Counted from the first letter of the stretch, positions 12,849 through 26,060 are shown. The stretch is 64,000 nt of DNA from Octopus vulgaris (GCA_951406725.2 OX597832.1:42594001-42658000); one strand, 5' to 3'. Numbers and translations: made by a program. Notes: generated by a model from the sequence alone, not told the origin.

Positions 12849-13644
12849 AGATATGGATGTATATTTAATTAGATTGCTAAATAGATATAAGTCTGTGTGT
12901 ATATGTGTGTGCGCGCGTATGTGCTCACAGACGCGTGTATACTGTCGGAGAGAAGTAAAAGCAGGAGTATGCTCGGTTCTTACATATCTAAAGCTGATGA
13001 GTTACAAATAGGTGGAAACTGTGATAGCTCTATTCTATGCAGAGAGTTTTAGCAGCATTATTGTTCCATTACCAGGCGCTTACACTACATATAGGAACGC
13101 ATGCGTAGTTGTGTATAGGCCACTGGTAGAGTTTCGGTAACTAAGTCTCGGAGTGCTTGGCATATGCCTTTTTTATTTCTTATTTAAAAAATTTTTTAAA
13201 TTTTTCTTCATATCAAAATTACTCTTTTACACAAAATTTCAAACGAATATATTGAATGGAATCCACGTTACCATCTCTTGTTTATCAACTATTTGTTCCG
13301 CTATTACTAAATCAATATGTCGAATGTCTGACTCGATGCAGTCATTAATGTGTAAATACTTAAATTAATAATTTTTAATTAATAAATAATGTATTGAACA
13401 GCATGTAATAAGCTTTCAGTTTTAATGTGAAATTGATTTTTGTTTCTAAGAAAAAACAAAACATTGCAATTTTCATTAAAAGTGAATAAAAATAGCCAGA
13501 TTATTTATTAGAAATTCGTGGAATTTAAACCATTCACCGCCACCATATTTGACAATTCTCAGACATCCTTCTGTCCAAGATACATCGATCTCTCCTTTTA
13601 ATATATTTGGCTTTGTGCCTGTTACAAATCATTATTGTTATAAA

Positions 13645-13812
13645 GAAGATTCCGCTGTGGTCGACTTTGCTTTTCGTCCTGTAGGATTCGATAAAATAAG
13701 TACCAGTTGAGCAGTGGCGTCGATATAATCGACCAGCCCCATCAACACCACCACCATCGCCACGTTTCCTCAAAATTTCAAGCCTTATGCATATAGTAGA
13801 AAATATCATTAT
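13645..13812 (+). mobile_element. Older SINE family B subfamily fragment
   Basis: GGTCGACTTTGCTTTTCGTCC...GATAAAATAAGTACCAGTT with an alternative tail. Confidence 0.7.
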
Positions 13813-13825
13813 CAAACAGAAGTTG

Positions 13826-14205
13826 AAAGCGGAGAGCTGGCAGAAACGTTAGCACGCCGGGCGATATGCTTAGGTGTATTTCGTCTGACCTTACGTTCTG
13901 AGTTCAAATTCCGCCGAGGTCGACTTTGCCTTTCATCCTTTCGGGGTCGATTAAATAAGTACCAGTTACGCACTGGGGTAGATATAATCGACTTAATCCG
14001 TTTGTCTGGCCTTGTTTGTCCTCTCTGTGTTTAGCCCCTTGTGGGTAGTAAAGAAATAGGTATTTCGTCTGCCGTTACGTTCTGAGTTCAATTTCCACCG
14101 AGGTCGACGTTGCCTTTCATTCTTTCGGGGTCGATAAATTAAGTACCAGTTACGCACTGGGGTCGATATAATCGACTTAATCCGTTTGGTAGAAAGGACT
14201 ATTAC
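13826..14205 (+). mobile_element. SINE family B dimer
   Basis: GTATTTCGTC at 13876 and 14060 (184-bp period); ACAGAAGTT direct repeat at 13816-13824 and 14206-14214. Confidence 0.9.
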
Positions 14206-14504
14206 ACAGAAGTTAAGTGAGAATTCGTCTATCGAGCCTTTTGCAGTCGTCGAAACAAGACGGTCTCTGAAATACGTGTAACGCAGACTATTCGAATAAA
14301 TCTATTGTTTTTATAATAAAATAGGCGCAGCCCTCTCTGCCAAAAAGAAACAAAACGAAAATGTAAAAAAATATATGGTTTAATCTGGCAATGAAGGAAG
14401 CATTATAGATTTGCGACATTTTCAATTCATCAATATGTATGAAACGATGTTGAAATGTTCCTGGCCTTGGGTTAAAGAAAATACAGGAGAATCAGTTAAT
14501 TATA

Positions 14505-14610
14505 ATTTGATTCAACATATTCCTCTCTCAGATTCATAACACTTATTGCAGCGACCCTTCAGTTTTTCTAAGCCCTGTTAAAGAACTCTGAAGGCTGGTC
14601 CTCCGACCAG
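14505..14610 (-). pseudogene. Mariner transposase C-terminal remnant
   Basis: Minus strand with frameshifts gives WSEDQPSEFF...LEKLKGRCNKC.NLRGEYVE, the typical mariner C-terminus (FF..GI.KL..RW.KC....GDYVE). Confidence 0.65.
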
Positions 14611-14857
14611 GACTTTCGCTCGCGACACCCTGAAAACTATTCAGCTTCTCATATTGGAATCGTTGTGAACAAACAGTGAGACGTAAAATATAAACTTGCT
14701 CAGGTTTCAACACAGTTTTCGTCTTCCAAGGTTCAAGATCTAAATATAATCTGCAGATTCTATGAGGAGAATGTCAAATGTTTGAGACAGCACTGGCGTT
14801 ATTTCATTCATTCTTCTCACAGCCAAGAAGTAACCCGAGAAGCACTATAGGAAATGT

Positions 14858-15233
14858 GTGGAAGCACTCCGTCGGTTACGACGACGAGGGTTCCGGTTGA
14901 TCCGAATCAATGGAACAGCCTGCTCGTGAAATTAACGTGTAAGTGGCTGAGCACTCCACAGACACGTGTACCCTTAACGTAGTTCTCGGGGATATTCAGC
15001 GTGACACAGAGAGTGACAAGGCCGGCCCTTTGAAATACAGGTACAACAGAAACAGGAAGTAAGTGTGAGAGAAAGTTGTGGTGAAAGAGTACAGCAGGGA
15101 TCACCACCATCCCCTGCCGGAGCCTCGTGGAGCTTTTAGGTGTTTTCGCTCAATAAACACTCACAAACGCCCGGTCTTGGAATCGAAACCGCGATCCTAT
15201 GACCGCGAGTCCGCTGCCCTAACCACTGGGCCA
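14858..15233 (-). mobile_element. tRNA-derived SINE family C, full length
   Basis: Head TGGCCCAGTGGTTAGGG (A box) and GGTTTCGATTCC (B box); TSD-like ATAGGAAATGT (14847-57) / ATAGAAAATGT (15233-43); other copies at 57858 and 59841. Confidence 0.9.
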
Positions 15234-16067
15234 TAGAAAATGTAACCCAAGAGTGATTATATAAAGGAAAGTGATGTCCGTCTTATCTTCCCAATTATGT
15301 GCGAATTGATTAAAATTTCTATTAACATTTACAGCAACAACAGCAACTGTGAACCGTTCCTTTTTCAAACACAGGTTGGTTGAATATAAATAAAAGCTAT
15401 GGAGTCTCTGCGTGGAGAAAACAGATTCTCCAATCTCATATTCCTTAGCATTAAGAAAGGCTTCCTCGTTGTTTACGAAGAAATGATATTTGCAAGCACA
15501 AGGCCAACACAAGAATACTAATATAATTTATTAAATTTTGCTGGCTTCTTCATAACTCGATCTGCATTTCGTTGAAAAGGATTAAAATAGGATTTTTGTA
15601 TTTCGTATTTTGCTTGATAAGGGTCAATATTCTTCGATCGCTATTTAAAAGCTATGGCTGCCATTTTTAATAGATATCAATATATTTGTATAAATCTTTA
15701 ATTTATAAATTCATACGATTCATACGATTCTAATACATAGACTGCAGAATACTATAATTTATACTTTCTGCAAATAAAAGCCAGTATTAGTAAAAGCCAG
15801 TGTTTGCAAATAAGCTTCTACATTTCAATATCCTCGAATATCTTTTCAAAATCATGTAATAAAAAACATTGCATTTTTTTCACACAGCACAACGGACTTC
15901 CGTTTACTTTCTTTAATCAAATCTATGGCTCTAAATAAATAATACAATGAATGTAATTGAATTTAAGAATATTTACTTAATACAATTTTACCAATTTTTC
16001 TTTGTATATATGTATATGTATGTGTGTGTGGTGTGTGTGTATAAATCCGTATATATGTTTAAATATG

Positions 16068-16126
16068 CACACAGACACACACACAGATACACACACAGAC
16101 ACACAAGTTGAGTTTTATATATATAG

Positions 16127-16127
<1 letters not shown>
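16068..16127 (-). mobile_element. Helitron 5'-end fragment
   Basis: Reverse complement reads TCTATATATATAAAACTCAACTTGTGTGTCTGTG, matching the start of the element at 16643. Confidence 0.6.
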
Positions 16128-16214
<87 letters not shown>

Positions 16215-16215
16215 A

Positions 16216-16364
16216 ATTAGTGAATTTAAGAAATGGAGTTGAACGAAGATTGAACAGAAATCGTTTTATTTCATTCTACACGTGTTTCGAAAGGCACAAT
16301 TTACCAAATTCCGATTGAATCTTCGTTCAATCTTCGTTCAACTCCATTTCTTAAATTCACTAAT
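16216..16364. repeat. Perfect 40-bp inverted repeat with 69-bp spacer (Penelope-like inverted end)
   Basis: 16216-16255 is the exact reverse complement of 16325-16364; spacer on minus strand has CGAAACACGTGTA...AATAAA. Confidence 0.9.
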
Positions 16365-16542
16365 AATATTAAAATTCAATTATCCGCACCAACGCACGGT
16401 TGCAACACCATATAGTTGTACCTCCAACCGTGCTGTCTTCTGCTGTGATTCTTGCTACCAAGGTATCGATTAAACTTTTGATTAATCTGCAACAAGATTA
16501 TTCATCTTTCTATTTCACATAATATATATATGTATATGTATG

Positions 16543-16620
<78 letters not shown>

Positions 16621-16642
16621 CATATACATATATATATATATA

Positions 16643-17319
16643 TCTATATATATAAAACTCAACTTTTGTGTCTGTGTGTGTGTCTGTGTGTTTAACTTCC
16701 CGGCACATCTCCTCCTAGCCAACAAATCGTAGAACCACCAAAAATGGGTCACTTAAAGTTTAGGCGAATGAAAATTGAACTGCGCTATATCTGTTCTGAA
16801 ATTCATCTCGCAAGTGCAAAAATCGATAACGTGTTTGTTTAGGCCTTATTCCATGCATTGAATAGTGAACTTTATTCAGTCAGCTGTTTGACGTGAACTG
16901 AGTTCACCACGCGAGCATGAAAAAAAATTGCATGAAAAATAAAAAATCAAGATATAAAACGAATCGCCGAAAACATTGTAGAAATTCGGCAAAGAAATGA
17001 ATTTTCGAGATGTAGCCTGGAGGTTTTTTTTTCGTATTAATCGTTTGGACTTTGTGAACACATACCAATTGCTTTCATAACATTTTTGACGCTTTGAATT
17101 AAATGTGACCATTTTGCGTTGAGTCTGCAGTTTGAATCACTTTAACCAAATTTTAGCAGGCCGGATTTTTGATCATCACGATACATCGCCAGCGACTCCC
17201 TGAAACTCTCCCCTGAAATTCCCGTTGAGAAATCTATTATATATATAATAATACTTTGAATGTGACTCCAAAGAAAGAGTAAAAGTAATTATCCGATGAA
17301 CGACAGGTATTACTACTAG
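16643..17319 (+). mobile_element. Non-autonomous Helitron
   Basis: A|TCTATATATATAAAA 5' end; decayed subterminal hairpin (TCCGATGAACGACAGG) and CTAG|T 3' end; no TSD. Confidence 0.7.
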
Positions 17320-17376
<57 letters not shown>

Positions 17377-17406
17377 GTATATATATATATGTATGTATAT
17401 ATATAC

Positions 17407-17473
<67 letters not shown>

Positions 17474-17950
17474 CGTATATTTGTACATATTTATATATAT
17501 ATACATATATATATGTATATATATATATGTATGTATGTATATATAAATATATATATATAACATATATATATATATATATTTATATACATATGTATGTATA
17601 TAAGTATACATACATATATGCCTACACACACATACAATCGTACAAGTATGCGTGTGTATATAATTGATAATATAACACACACACATATACACACATATGT
17701 ACACAAAGGCATACATACTCAGACAGACACACACACACACACATACACACACACGTACATTTGTACAAGTATGTATATATATATATATAATTGATAATAC
17801 AACACACACACACACACATACACATGCACACATATGTACACACAGGTATACATACTCATACACACACACACGCAAACATGCACATACACATGCACACACA
17901 CACATACATATTCAGGCACACACACACATACACACACACACACACACTTA
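17320..17950. repeat. (TA)n/(CA)n compound microsatellite block
   Basis: Direct reading. Confidence 0.9.
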
Positions 17951-18515
17951 CACATGCTGTTATTAGATCAAGCTGCAACACTGCTGCTATCTCTATATAA
18001 GACTGGTCAGATTTCCTGGCAGCCAAGAATTTGTCTTTCTCTGCCATTCTATTACATGCTTGAAGCTCGACTACCAAGAATTCTAATAAGAATTCTACCA
18101 ACTCGAATATTCTACCAACTCGAATATTCAGAATGCCACTATGAAGCATCGAAATATTGGCATGGGCTGCCTCGACGTGGCGGCGCATCGTGCTAAAAAT
18201 AATAACCAAATTTCTCCCAAATGCATCCTGTTATTTCAAATAGGAAAAAAAAAAGGGAAAGAGAGTAACAGAAAATATGTAACACAATCGATAGCGTAGT
18301 CCAAGATATATGAATTATGAAATATAGCGATAGGAACCTGAAGGATTTTATGTCTCTGATTATGAAGCTGACAAATTAGTTACTAATGGTCGGACGCTAA
18401 GCAACAACAACATCAATAACAACAAGAACAACACTGGAAACAACATCAATGATAAAGTTATGGCATAAGAGGTCCTCATACTTAACCCATTTATAGAATG
18501 TTATATGAATGTGTG

Positions 18516-18588
<73 letters not shown>

Positions 18589-18632
18589 ATATATATCCAT
18601 CTGCCTGTCTGTCTGTCTGTCTGCCTGCCTGC

Positions 18633-18708
<76 letters not shown>

Positions 18709-18734
18709 ATGAATACATAATACATACATACTGT

Positions 18735-18870
18735 TTCCCAACCATATGGTTCCAGGTTCAATCTCTCTGCCTTGCAACTTGGGCAAGTGTTTTCTACTAT
18801 AGGCTCCGACCGATCAGGGGTTTGTAAGTGGATTTACTAGACGGAAACTGAAAAGAAGCCCGTCGTATAT
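18735..18870 (+). mobile_element. SINE family A 5' portion
   Basis: CAACCATATGGTTCCAGGTTCAAT...TTGGGCAAGTG...GACGGAAACTGAAAAGAAGCCCGTCGTAT. Confidence 0.8.
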
Positions 18871-19365
18871 ATATATATATATATACATGCATACATACAT
18901 ATGTATACATACATATGTATACATACATACATACATACATACATACATACATACACATATATATATATACATATATACATACTCACAGACACACGAACAC
19001 ATATGCACATATGAACACGACCACGCAACACACCAATACATATACACACACATATATATATGGGAAAAGTCATAATTAATAAATCCTATAAACATACTCA
19101 GCAGTTGCTGTTTGACTTAGAATGTTTCTTCTTCCAAATCAATTGATGTTTGAACAAACAGCGAATGATTTCGGTTGAATATATTCTTAGACTAACAACA
19201 ACGGATGAGTGTGCCTACAGGCTTTATTAAATACGGCTCTTCACAAATATCACAATATCGGTAACAACACACGGCTTCAGACCGAAACTCTTGCAAAACA
19301 AATTCAGAATCGATACATATACACACTCACACACACACACACGCACATATAGATGTATATACATG

Positions 19366-19572
19366 TGACCTCGTGAGTACCGCAGTCGATTTTTTTCCTC
19401 TGTCTTCCCTTCTCTGGATCTTTCCTTCTCCTATGTTTCCGACGAAGAGCTCCGCTCGAAACGTTAAGCTCTCCTTCTTGCCTTCCTTCCTGAGCGTCCA
19501 ATAATACGATATTTGTTCTAAGTCCTCGCGTTGTTGTGTTTTTTTGTTATTTTTGTGTTTTCTTGTTTGGAT

Positions 19573-19578
<6 letters not shown>
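19366..19578 (+). mobile_element. Penelope-like terminal repeat (P2-related) with hammerhead-like motif
   Basis: GTTT-CCGACGA-A-GAGC(TCC)GCTC-GAAA-CGTT-AAGC at 19435-19469; downstream CCTGAGCGT..AATAATAC as in P1/P2. Confidence 0.6.
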
Positions 19579-19627
<49 letters not shown>

Positions 19628-19676
19628 ATTTTCCCGCGGCTATAGTAGAAGTATATATATACATATATATTAGCCA

Positions 19677-19850
19677 CTACACACATTTTTTCTCTCTTTG
19701 TTTCCCTCCTTGTTTTTTTCTGTGTCCCTTTCTGTAGAAGAGCGTAGGCTCGAAACGTAAAATACTTTTTCTATTCATGAGCGTTATACTAACACATCTG
19801 TTTGTTTTGTACACCACCTGTCTTCGTCTTTTGTTTCTTTCGTAAACTCT

Positions 19851-19852
<2 letters not shown>
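19677..19852 (+). mobile_element. Penelope-like terminal repeat family P1
   Basis: CTTT-CTGTAGA-A-GAGC(GTAG)GCTC-GAAA-CGTA-AAA; matches 543-712 (reverse complement) and 62664-62880. Confidence 0.6.
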
Positions 19853-19938
<86 letters not shown>

Positions 19939-19942
19939 TTCC

Positions 19943-20563
19943 CCAAGCTAACATGGAAAATAGGACGAATGCTGTCGTTGATTAGCTCCAAGAGGCCATC
20001 GCCTCTAGCTAGCTATGTGACACACAAACCTGTGTCCATTAACAGGGAGGTCTGTAGCTTCCCCATGCTGGTACACCCCACACAGATTAGTTTTAGGGTA
20101 TTTGCCCATTATCAATGTGGAGTAGCCGAACCCATGTTAGCTTGGCGATATCTATTAAAATGCAGTACCGCTGCCGTAGTCTCCTTTAGAGAGTTTTAGA
20201 AATATTAGTATTTCGATTTTTGAAAACCACTGAATATAAGTAAATAAACCTTCGAACACACGGTCAGCAGCGACGCCTTCTGGATTCGGCTACTCCATAT
20301 TGATAAGGGGAAAATACCCCGAAACTAGTCTGTGGATGCTTTACCAGCATGGGGAAGCTGCTGCCCCACCCCCGTTTCGAAGGTTATAATGGACACAGGT
20401 TTGTGTGTCACTTAGCTAGCCAGAGGCGATGGCCTCTTAGAGCTAATCAACGGCAGCATTCGTCCTATTTTCCTGGACTATCATGTTAGCTTGGCGATAA
20501 CTATTAATATCCAGTACTGCTGCCGTAGTCTCCCTTAGAGAGATTTAAAATATTAATATTTCG

Positions 20564-20565
<2 letters not shown>
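19943..20565. mobile_element. Inverted plus direct repeat composite (family P4), Penelope pseudo-LTR or retrozyme-like
   Basis: 19943-20133 is the reverse complement of ~20281-20493; 20133-20217 is directly repeated at 20482-20565; hammerhead-like motif in each inverted arm. Confidence 0.75.
20294..20336 (+). ncRNA. Candidate minimal type-I hammerhead ribozyme (U3-A8 core variant)
   Basis: Stem I UCCAUA/UGUGGA; core UUGAUAA; stem II GGGG/CCCC; GAAA; palindromic ACUAGU helix III; GUC triplet. Confidence 0.65.
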
Positions 20566-20595
<30 letters not shown>

Positions 20596-20953
20596 GTATA
20601 CACACACACATGCACACACATATATGCATATATATATATATATACATACCTCTGTGTGTGTCTGCGTGTATATATGTGCATGTATACATAAATACATACA
20701 TACATATATATCTATATAATGTTTATATATATATACATACATGCATACTCACACATACATATATCTATATACACACACATATCTTTGTGTGTATCTGCGT
20801 GTATATGTGTACGTGCATAAGTAAATACATACTATATATATGTATGATATATATATATACCCATAAAATGCTAGGTATATATATATACATGCATATATAC
20901 ATACCTAAATATGTGTGTGTGTATGTGTGTGTGCATGTGTGTGTGTCTGTGTG

Positions 20954-20992
<39 letters not shown>

Positions 20993-21544
20993 TTGACAGA
21001 ATGAAAGCGCACCGGAACTAATGAGATGTAAGTAGGTCGAAATGTCGAGACGTTGCTTGTTAGTTCCATTTGTTGTCTCTAATGGGACATAATCGCATTA
21101 TTGTTGAGAGCCATTCATCTCACATTTGGTTTATATTCATCAGAATACTTTTAGTCTTGAAAATCAAACTGAAATTTAAATTCTAGGAAAATAAAACATA
21201 TAAAATTAAAATTATAATAAATAAAACAAATATGAATTTCTTTTATCGATAAAAAAAATTCAAATTCCAGGTCATCTTTTTGTATTTCACCTACGTTTAA
21301 AATGATTTTTTTGCTTCTGGTTAAAATAATTTCTAAGTGATATCTGGTAAGTTTTCATTTACCATTAATAAAGACCAAACTGAACCGATGTATTTTTATT
21401 GGGGATGTGTGAATCTGAAAATGGTCCCGTAAAGTAAAAGCTATGGTCGGAGAAAAATGTCTTATTGGTACTGTTGTCTGTAATATGGAATTGAATATCG
21501 ATCTCAAATCAATATATAATATGATTTTTGTGTTTGTTTATCTT

Positions 21545-21795
21545 TATCTTGTTTCAGACATCAGACTGCGGCCATTCTGGGGCACCATCTTGGAGAATTT
21601 TTAGTCGAATGAATTGACACGAATACTTATTTGTTTTCTTTTGAGCCTGATACGTCTTCTATCGGTTCCTTTGCCAAACTGCTAAGTTACGGAGACGTAA
21701 GCACACCAGAACCGGTTGTTGAACGGTGGTGGGGGACAAACAAAATCACAAAGACACACACACACACACACACACATACACACACGCACACACAC
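21545..21795 (-). mobile_element. SINE family A 3' half (diverged)
   Basis: CTTGTTTCAG...GACTGCGGCCATTCTGGGGCACC...CTAAGTTACGGAGACGTAA. Confidence 0.8.
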
Positions 21796-21839
21796 AAACA
21801 TATGAGAATGTATCTTCTTTGCACCTGTTTTCGCCCCAC

Positions 21840-22020
21840 CCTCACTGCTAGAAAACTGGTGTTAGTTTGCTTACATTCTCGTAACTTACTGGTTCGGCAA
21901 AAGGACCAGGTAGAGCAGGTACCAGATTTGCAAAATAAGTACTGGGATCGATCTGTTCGACCAAAGACCTTCAAAGCGGTGCTCCAACTTGGCCGCAAGT
22001 CTAGGCACCGAAACATGTCA
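21840..22020 (+). mobile_element. SINE family A 3' half (diverged), back-to-back with the previous copy
   Basis: CGTAACTTACTGGTTCGGCAAAAG...AAGCGGTGCTCCAACTTGGCCGCA. Confidence 0.7.
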
Positions 22021-22207
22021 AGCTTTAAAGACGGATGCAACAAAATTCATTTGATTTGTTTTAGAGAAAGGAATTTCGGATAAATATTTGCAACTTTATT
22101 TTCTAAAACTGATGAGGTTTTTTTCTCGCATTCAATGTTTTCCTCTCGGGATACCAAATTATGGAGATTTTATTCATCTCCGTTTTATGAATGTGATATT
22201 TTAAACT

Positions 22208-22360
22208 GAAGAAGAAGAAGAAGAAGAAGAAGAAGAAGAAGAAGAAGAAGAAGAAGAAGAAGAAGAAGAAGAGGAAGGAGGAGGAGAAGAAGAAGAAGAA
22301 GAAGAAGAAGAAGAAGAAGAAGAAGAAGAAGAAGAAGAAGAAGAAGGAGAAGAAGAAGAA
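22208..22360. repeat. (GAA)n microsatellite
   Basis: Direct reading. Confidence 0.95.
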
Positions 22361-22732
22361 AGCTGTATAAAGCTGGATAAAAAAAACAGGAAGCTTTGTG
22401 CGACGAGAGACGTTTCTTACTAGTAACGTTTTCTTCAAATTAGCAGAAAGTTCTCTCTTCCTTCTCCCCAATGCTTCATTTGTAGTTTTGCAAAAACTAC
22501 CGGGAGATGAGTATTAACAGAAGCAGTAATGATAATGATGTGGATGTAAAATAATCCAAATACTAAGTCTTCAGTGACACAACAGTGCAAGCGATGCATT
22601 ACTTGGAAAATATCTACTTGAGAAAAATTACCTGCAAAAAACCACGTTTGTATAAGATATCGTGAACTAACAAAAGAGCAGAGGGAATAGTACGGAGATA
22701 ATACAGTAGGGTTAATAACACGCTGAGGTTAA

Positions 22733-23129
22733 TCTTTATATATAAAAGTCAAGTTGTGTGTCTGTCTCCTGCGATTTTGATTCCTAACTACTCTCACATT
22801 TTTGCGGTGCAGTGTAACCAAAACCGGGTATCTTATAGTCGTGATTCATATCGAGCCCTTCTGGGTATTAGCGCACGTCTACGATGAGTCTACGATTTAC
22901 AAAAAAATTTACCATCATTTTTTCCCATTTTAATGCATTTTTCGCTATTATATAAGGGAAGTAACTCTCTAAAAATGTCTACGATGAGTCAACGATTTTA
23001 AAAAAGACTTACCATCATTTTTTTTCCACTTTTAATGCATTTTTTGCTACTTTTTGGCTATAACTCTCTAAAAATGCTTATATAGTTATTTCCCTTACAA
23101 ACCCGAGCAACGCCGGGCGATACTGCTAG
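22733..23129 (+). mobile_element. Non-autonomous Helitron with internal ~100-bp tandem duplication
   Basis: A|TCTTTATATATAAAAG 5' end; CCCGAGCAACGCCGGG hairpin then CTAG|T; GTCTACGATGAGTC..CGATTT repeated at ~22877 and ~22977. Confidence 0.85.
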
Positions 23130-23319
23130 TAGTAGATAAATAATACCGCAGGGTTTATAGCATTGTAAGGGGGAAAAGAACCCAATAGAGCAGAGAGAAT
23201 ATTTCATAAATAATAGAGGAGGATGTGTAGTAGTTCAAGAATATCATTGAGAAAAGAACATTAGTTCACTCCCTCCATCACATCGACGTTGCCTGAAATG
23301 GTGTAGCACGAGTCAGGTG

Positions 23320-23450
23320 TCGAAGTGAGCACGGAGCAACGCGAGAGGAAGTGTTTTGCTCATGGACACAATGCACCGCCCAGTCTAGGAATTGAAACCA
23401 CGCTCTCGCAATCGCTAGAGCAACACTCTAACCACATGGCCATGCGCACG
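23320..23450 (-). mobile_element. Diverged SINE head (family D-like)
   Basis: GGAGCAACG.GA...GAAGTGTTTTGCTCA...GAAACCAC...CTAACCAC.TGGCCA similar to 44615-44730. Confidence 0.65.
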
Positions 23451-23451
23451 C

Positions 23452-23469
23452 ATAATAATAACAATAACT

Positions 23470-23513
<44 letters not shown>

Positions 23514-23625
23514 AACAATAATGATAATAATAATAATGATAATAATAACAACAATAACAATAACGATAATAATAATAATAATGATGATGATGATGATGAT
23601 GATAATAATAATAATAACAAAAACA

Positions 23626-23662
<37 letters not shown>

Positions 23663-23667
23663 TATTG

Positions 23668-23720
<53 letters not shown>

Positions 23721-23757
23721 AACAATAATAATAATAATAATTATTATAATAATAATG

Positions 23758-23791
<34 letters not shown>

Positions 23792-24060
23792 TAATAATAA
23801 TAATAATAATACTACTACTACTAATAATAATAATGATAATAATAATAATAGTAATAATAATAATAATATAATTACAACAACAAAGACAATAACATACACG
23901 GCACAAAATATTCATAAAACAATGACACATGGCCACAATATTACCAGCAGCAGCAGCAGCAGCAGTAGCACAACCACCACCACCAACACCACCACCACCA
24001 CCACCACCACCACCACCACCACCACCACCACCACTACCACCACCACCACAATAATAACAA
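23452..24060. repeat. (AAT)n/(GAT)n/(CAC)n trinucleotide block
   Basis: Direct reading. Confidence 0.95.
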
Positions 24061-24353
24061 CAAAAGCAACGCCGATGATGACGAATGGAGAAGGAAGCAG
24101 CGATTTGTTATTTCGATCTGTTAGAAGCAATAGCAGACGGTGCAATACTAGCTACGCCTTACTATAAGGAGGTGGTCACGACTGGAATGTCTTTGAATAT
24201 AGGAATGCTTTGTTGAAGGCTGGGCACCTGGGGGTGGTGGCTAAACAACGATAGCAAAAGCAACAAGAACAAACACCATCGAGCACCCACCGCCGTATGT
24301 GTGTGTGTTTATGTGTCTGTATGTGTGTGTGTGTGTTTATGTGTGTGTATAAA

Positions 24354-24900
24354 CACCGCCGCCGCCGCCTCCACCGCCGCCGCCTCCACCGCCGCCGCCT
24401 CCACCACCAACATCACCATCACTGCCACCACCATCAATATTCCCACTACCACCACCACCGCCGCCTCCCCCACCACCACCACTACCACCGCCGCCACCAT
24501 AATTTCCACAACCTAACCCTAAGCCACCGCTTTAGGCCTAACCCACCACCACCACAACCATCACCACCATCACCACTACCTCCACCACTACCACCTCCAT
24601 CACCGCCACCACCCCACCCCGCCCCCACCCCACCCCCACCACTACTACCACTACCACCAACAACACTAACACCGCCACCTTGACCACGTTTGCCAACACT
24701 AAAACCAACATCTCAACAATCACCTCACCAGCTCCGCGAACCGCTTCGGCCATCATCACCACCAACACTACCACCTGCACCACCAGCATCACCAACCACC
24801 ACCATCACCATCCCCACCAGCACCGCCAACATCATCAGCATCACCACCATCATTACCACCACCATTACCATCACCCAGTACCACCACCAACACCAGCACG
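24354..24900. repeat. Degenerate (CAC/CGC)n tract
   Basis: Direct reading. Confidence 0.9.
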
Positions 24901-25139
24901 AACACATACTATCATCACGGTCGATCTCCAATCATGCCACCATCTTCAATCCCCCCACACACACACACACTCCCTCCTTCCCTCCCTCACACCGACCCCT
25001 CTCCCTCTCCTATGACTGACAGCACATCCATCCATCCCGTGTGCAATACCTTGGCAACAGTAACTATAGCAACAGCTATTGACTCCCATAATCAACTAGT
25101 GGTTCGCAGCTTACACACACACAACACAGTGAATACTCT

Positions 25140-25224
25140 CTCCGCATGTCTGTCTCTGCTTCTGTCTCTCTCTCTCTCGCTGTCTCTCTTTCTATCTATC
25201 TCTCTCCCTCTGTATGTCTCTCTT

Positions 25225-25263
<39 letters not shown>

Positions 25264-25655
25264 GTCACTCTGTCTCTACCTCTGTGTCGCTTTCTCTCTC
25301 CTGATCTGTCTTTCTCAGCCTCCATTTCTCCTTTTCTCTTTCTATCCTTACTCTCTAAACCTCCACCTCCAATCTTCAAGCAACTCTCCTCTCCTCCTCT
25401 CTCATTCTCTCACCTTCTCTCACCCTCTCCCCCCTCTCACCTCTTTTATTTGCCTTAATCTCTCTTCATTTTTTCCCTCTCACACAATTTTCTTTCTCTC
25501 TGTTTCTCTCTCTCTTCCATTCTCACCTTCGAATTCACTGTCTTCTCACTTTCTCGCGCTCTTTCAATAACAGTTCTTCTTCTTCTTCTTCTTCTTCTTC
25601 TTCTTCTTCTTCTTCTTCTTCTTCTTCTTCTTCTTCTTCTTCTTCTTCTTCTTCT
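25140..25655. repeat. Polypyrimidine (CT)n/(TTC)n tract
   Basis: Direct reading. Confidence 0.9.
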
Positions 25656-25759
25656 CTTAGCATGTGTATGTGGTAATAAGTTAATACCTACACATACGCA
25701 AGCTTACAAACATACAAAATACAGCTATACATCTGTACATACACGCACACACATATATG

Positions 25760-25808
<49 letters not shown>

Positions 25809-25836
25809 ATGTGTGTGTGTGCATGAGTGTGTATAA

Positions 25837-25926
<90 letters not shown>

Positions 25927-26060
25927 TACAAATACAAATATATAAATATGTCTATATACAAATACAAATATATATATATATACACACATATATTTACATA
26001 TATATACACATATTTACATATATATATGTATATATATATATATGTATATATGTTTATATG

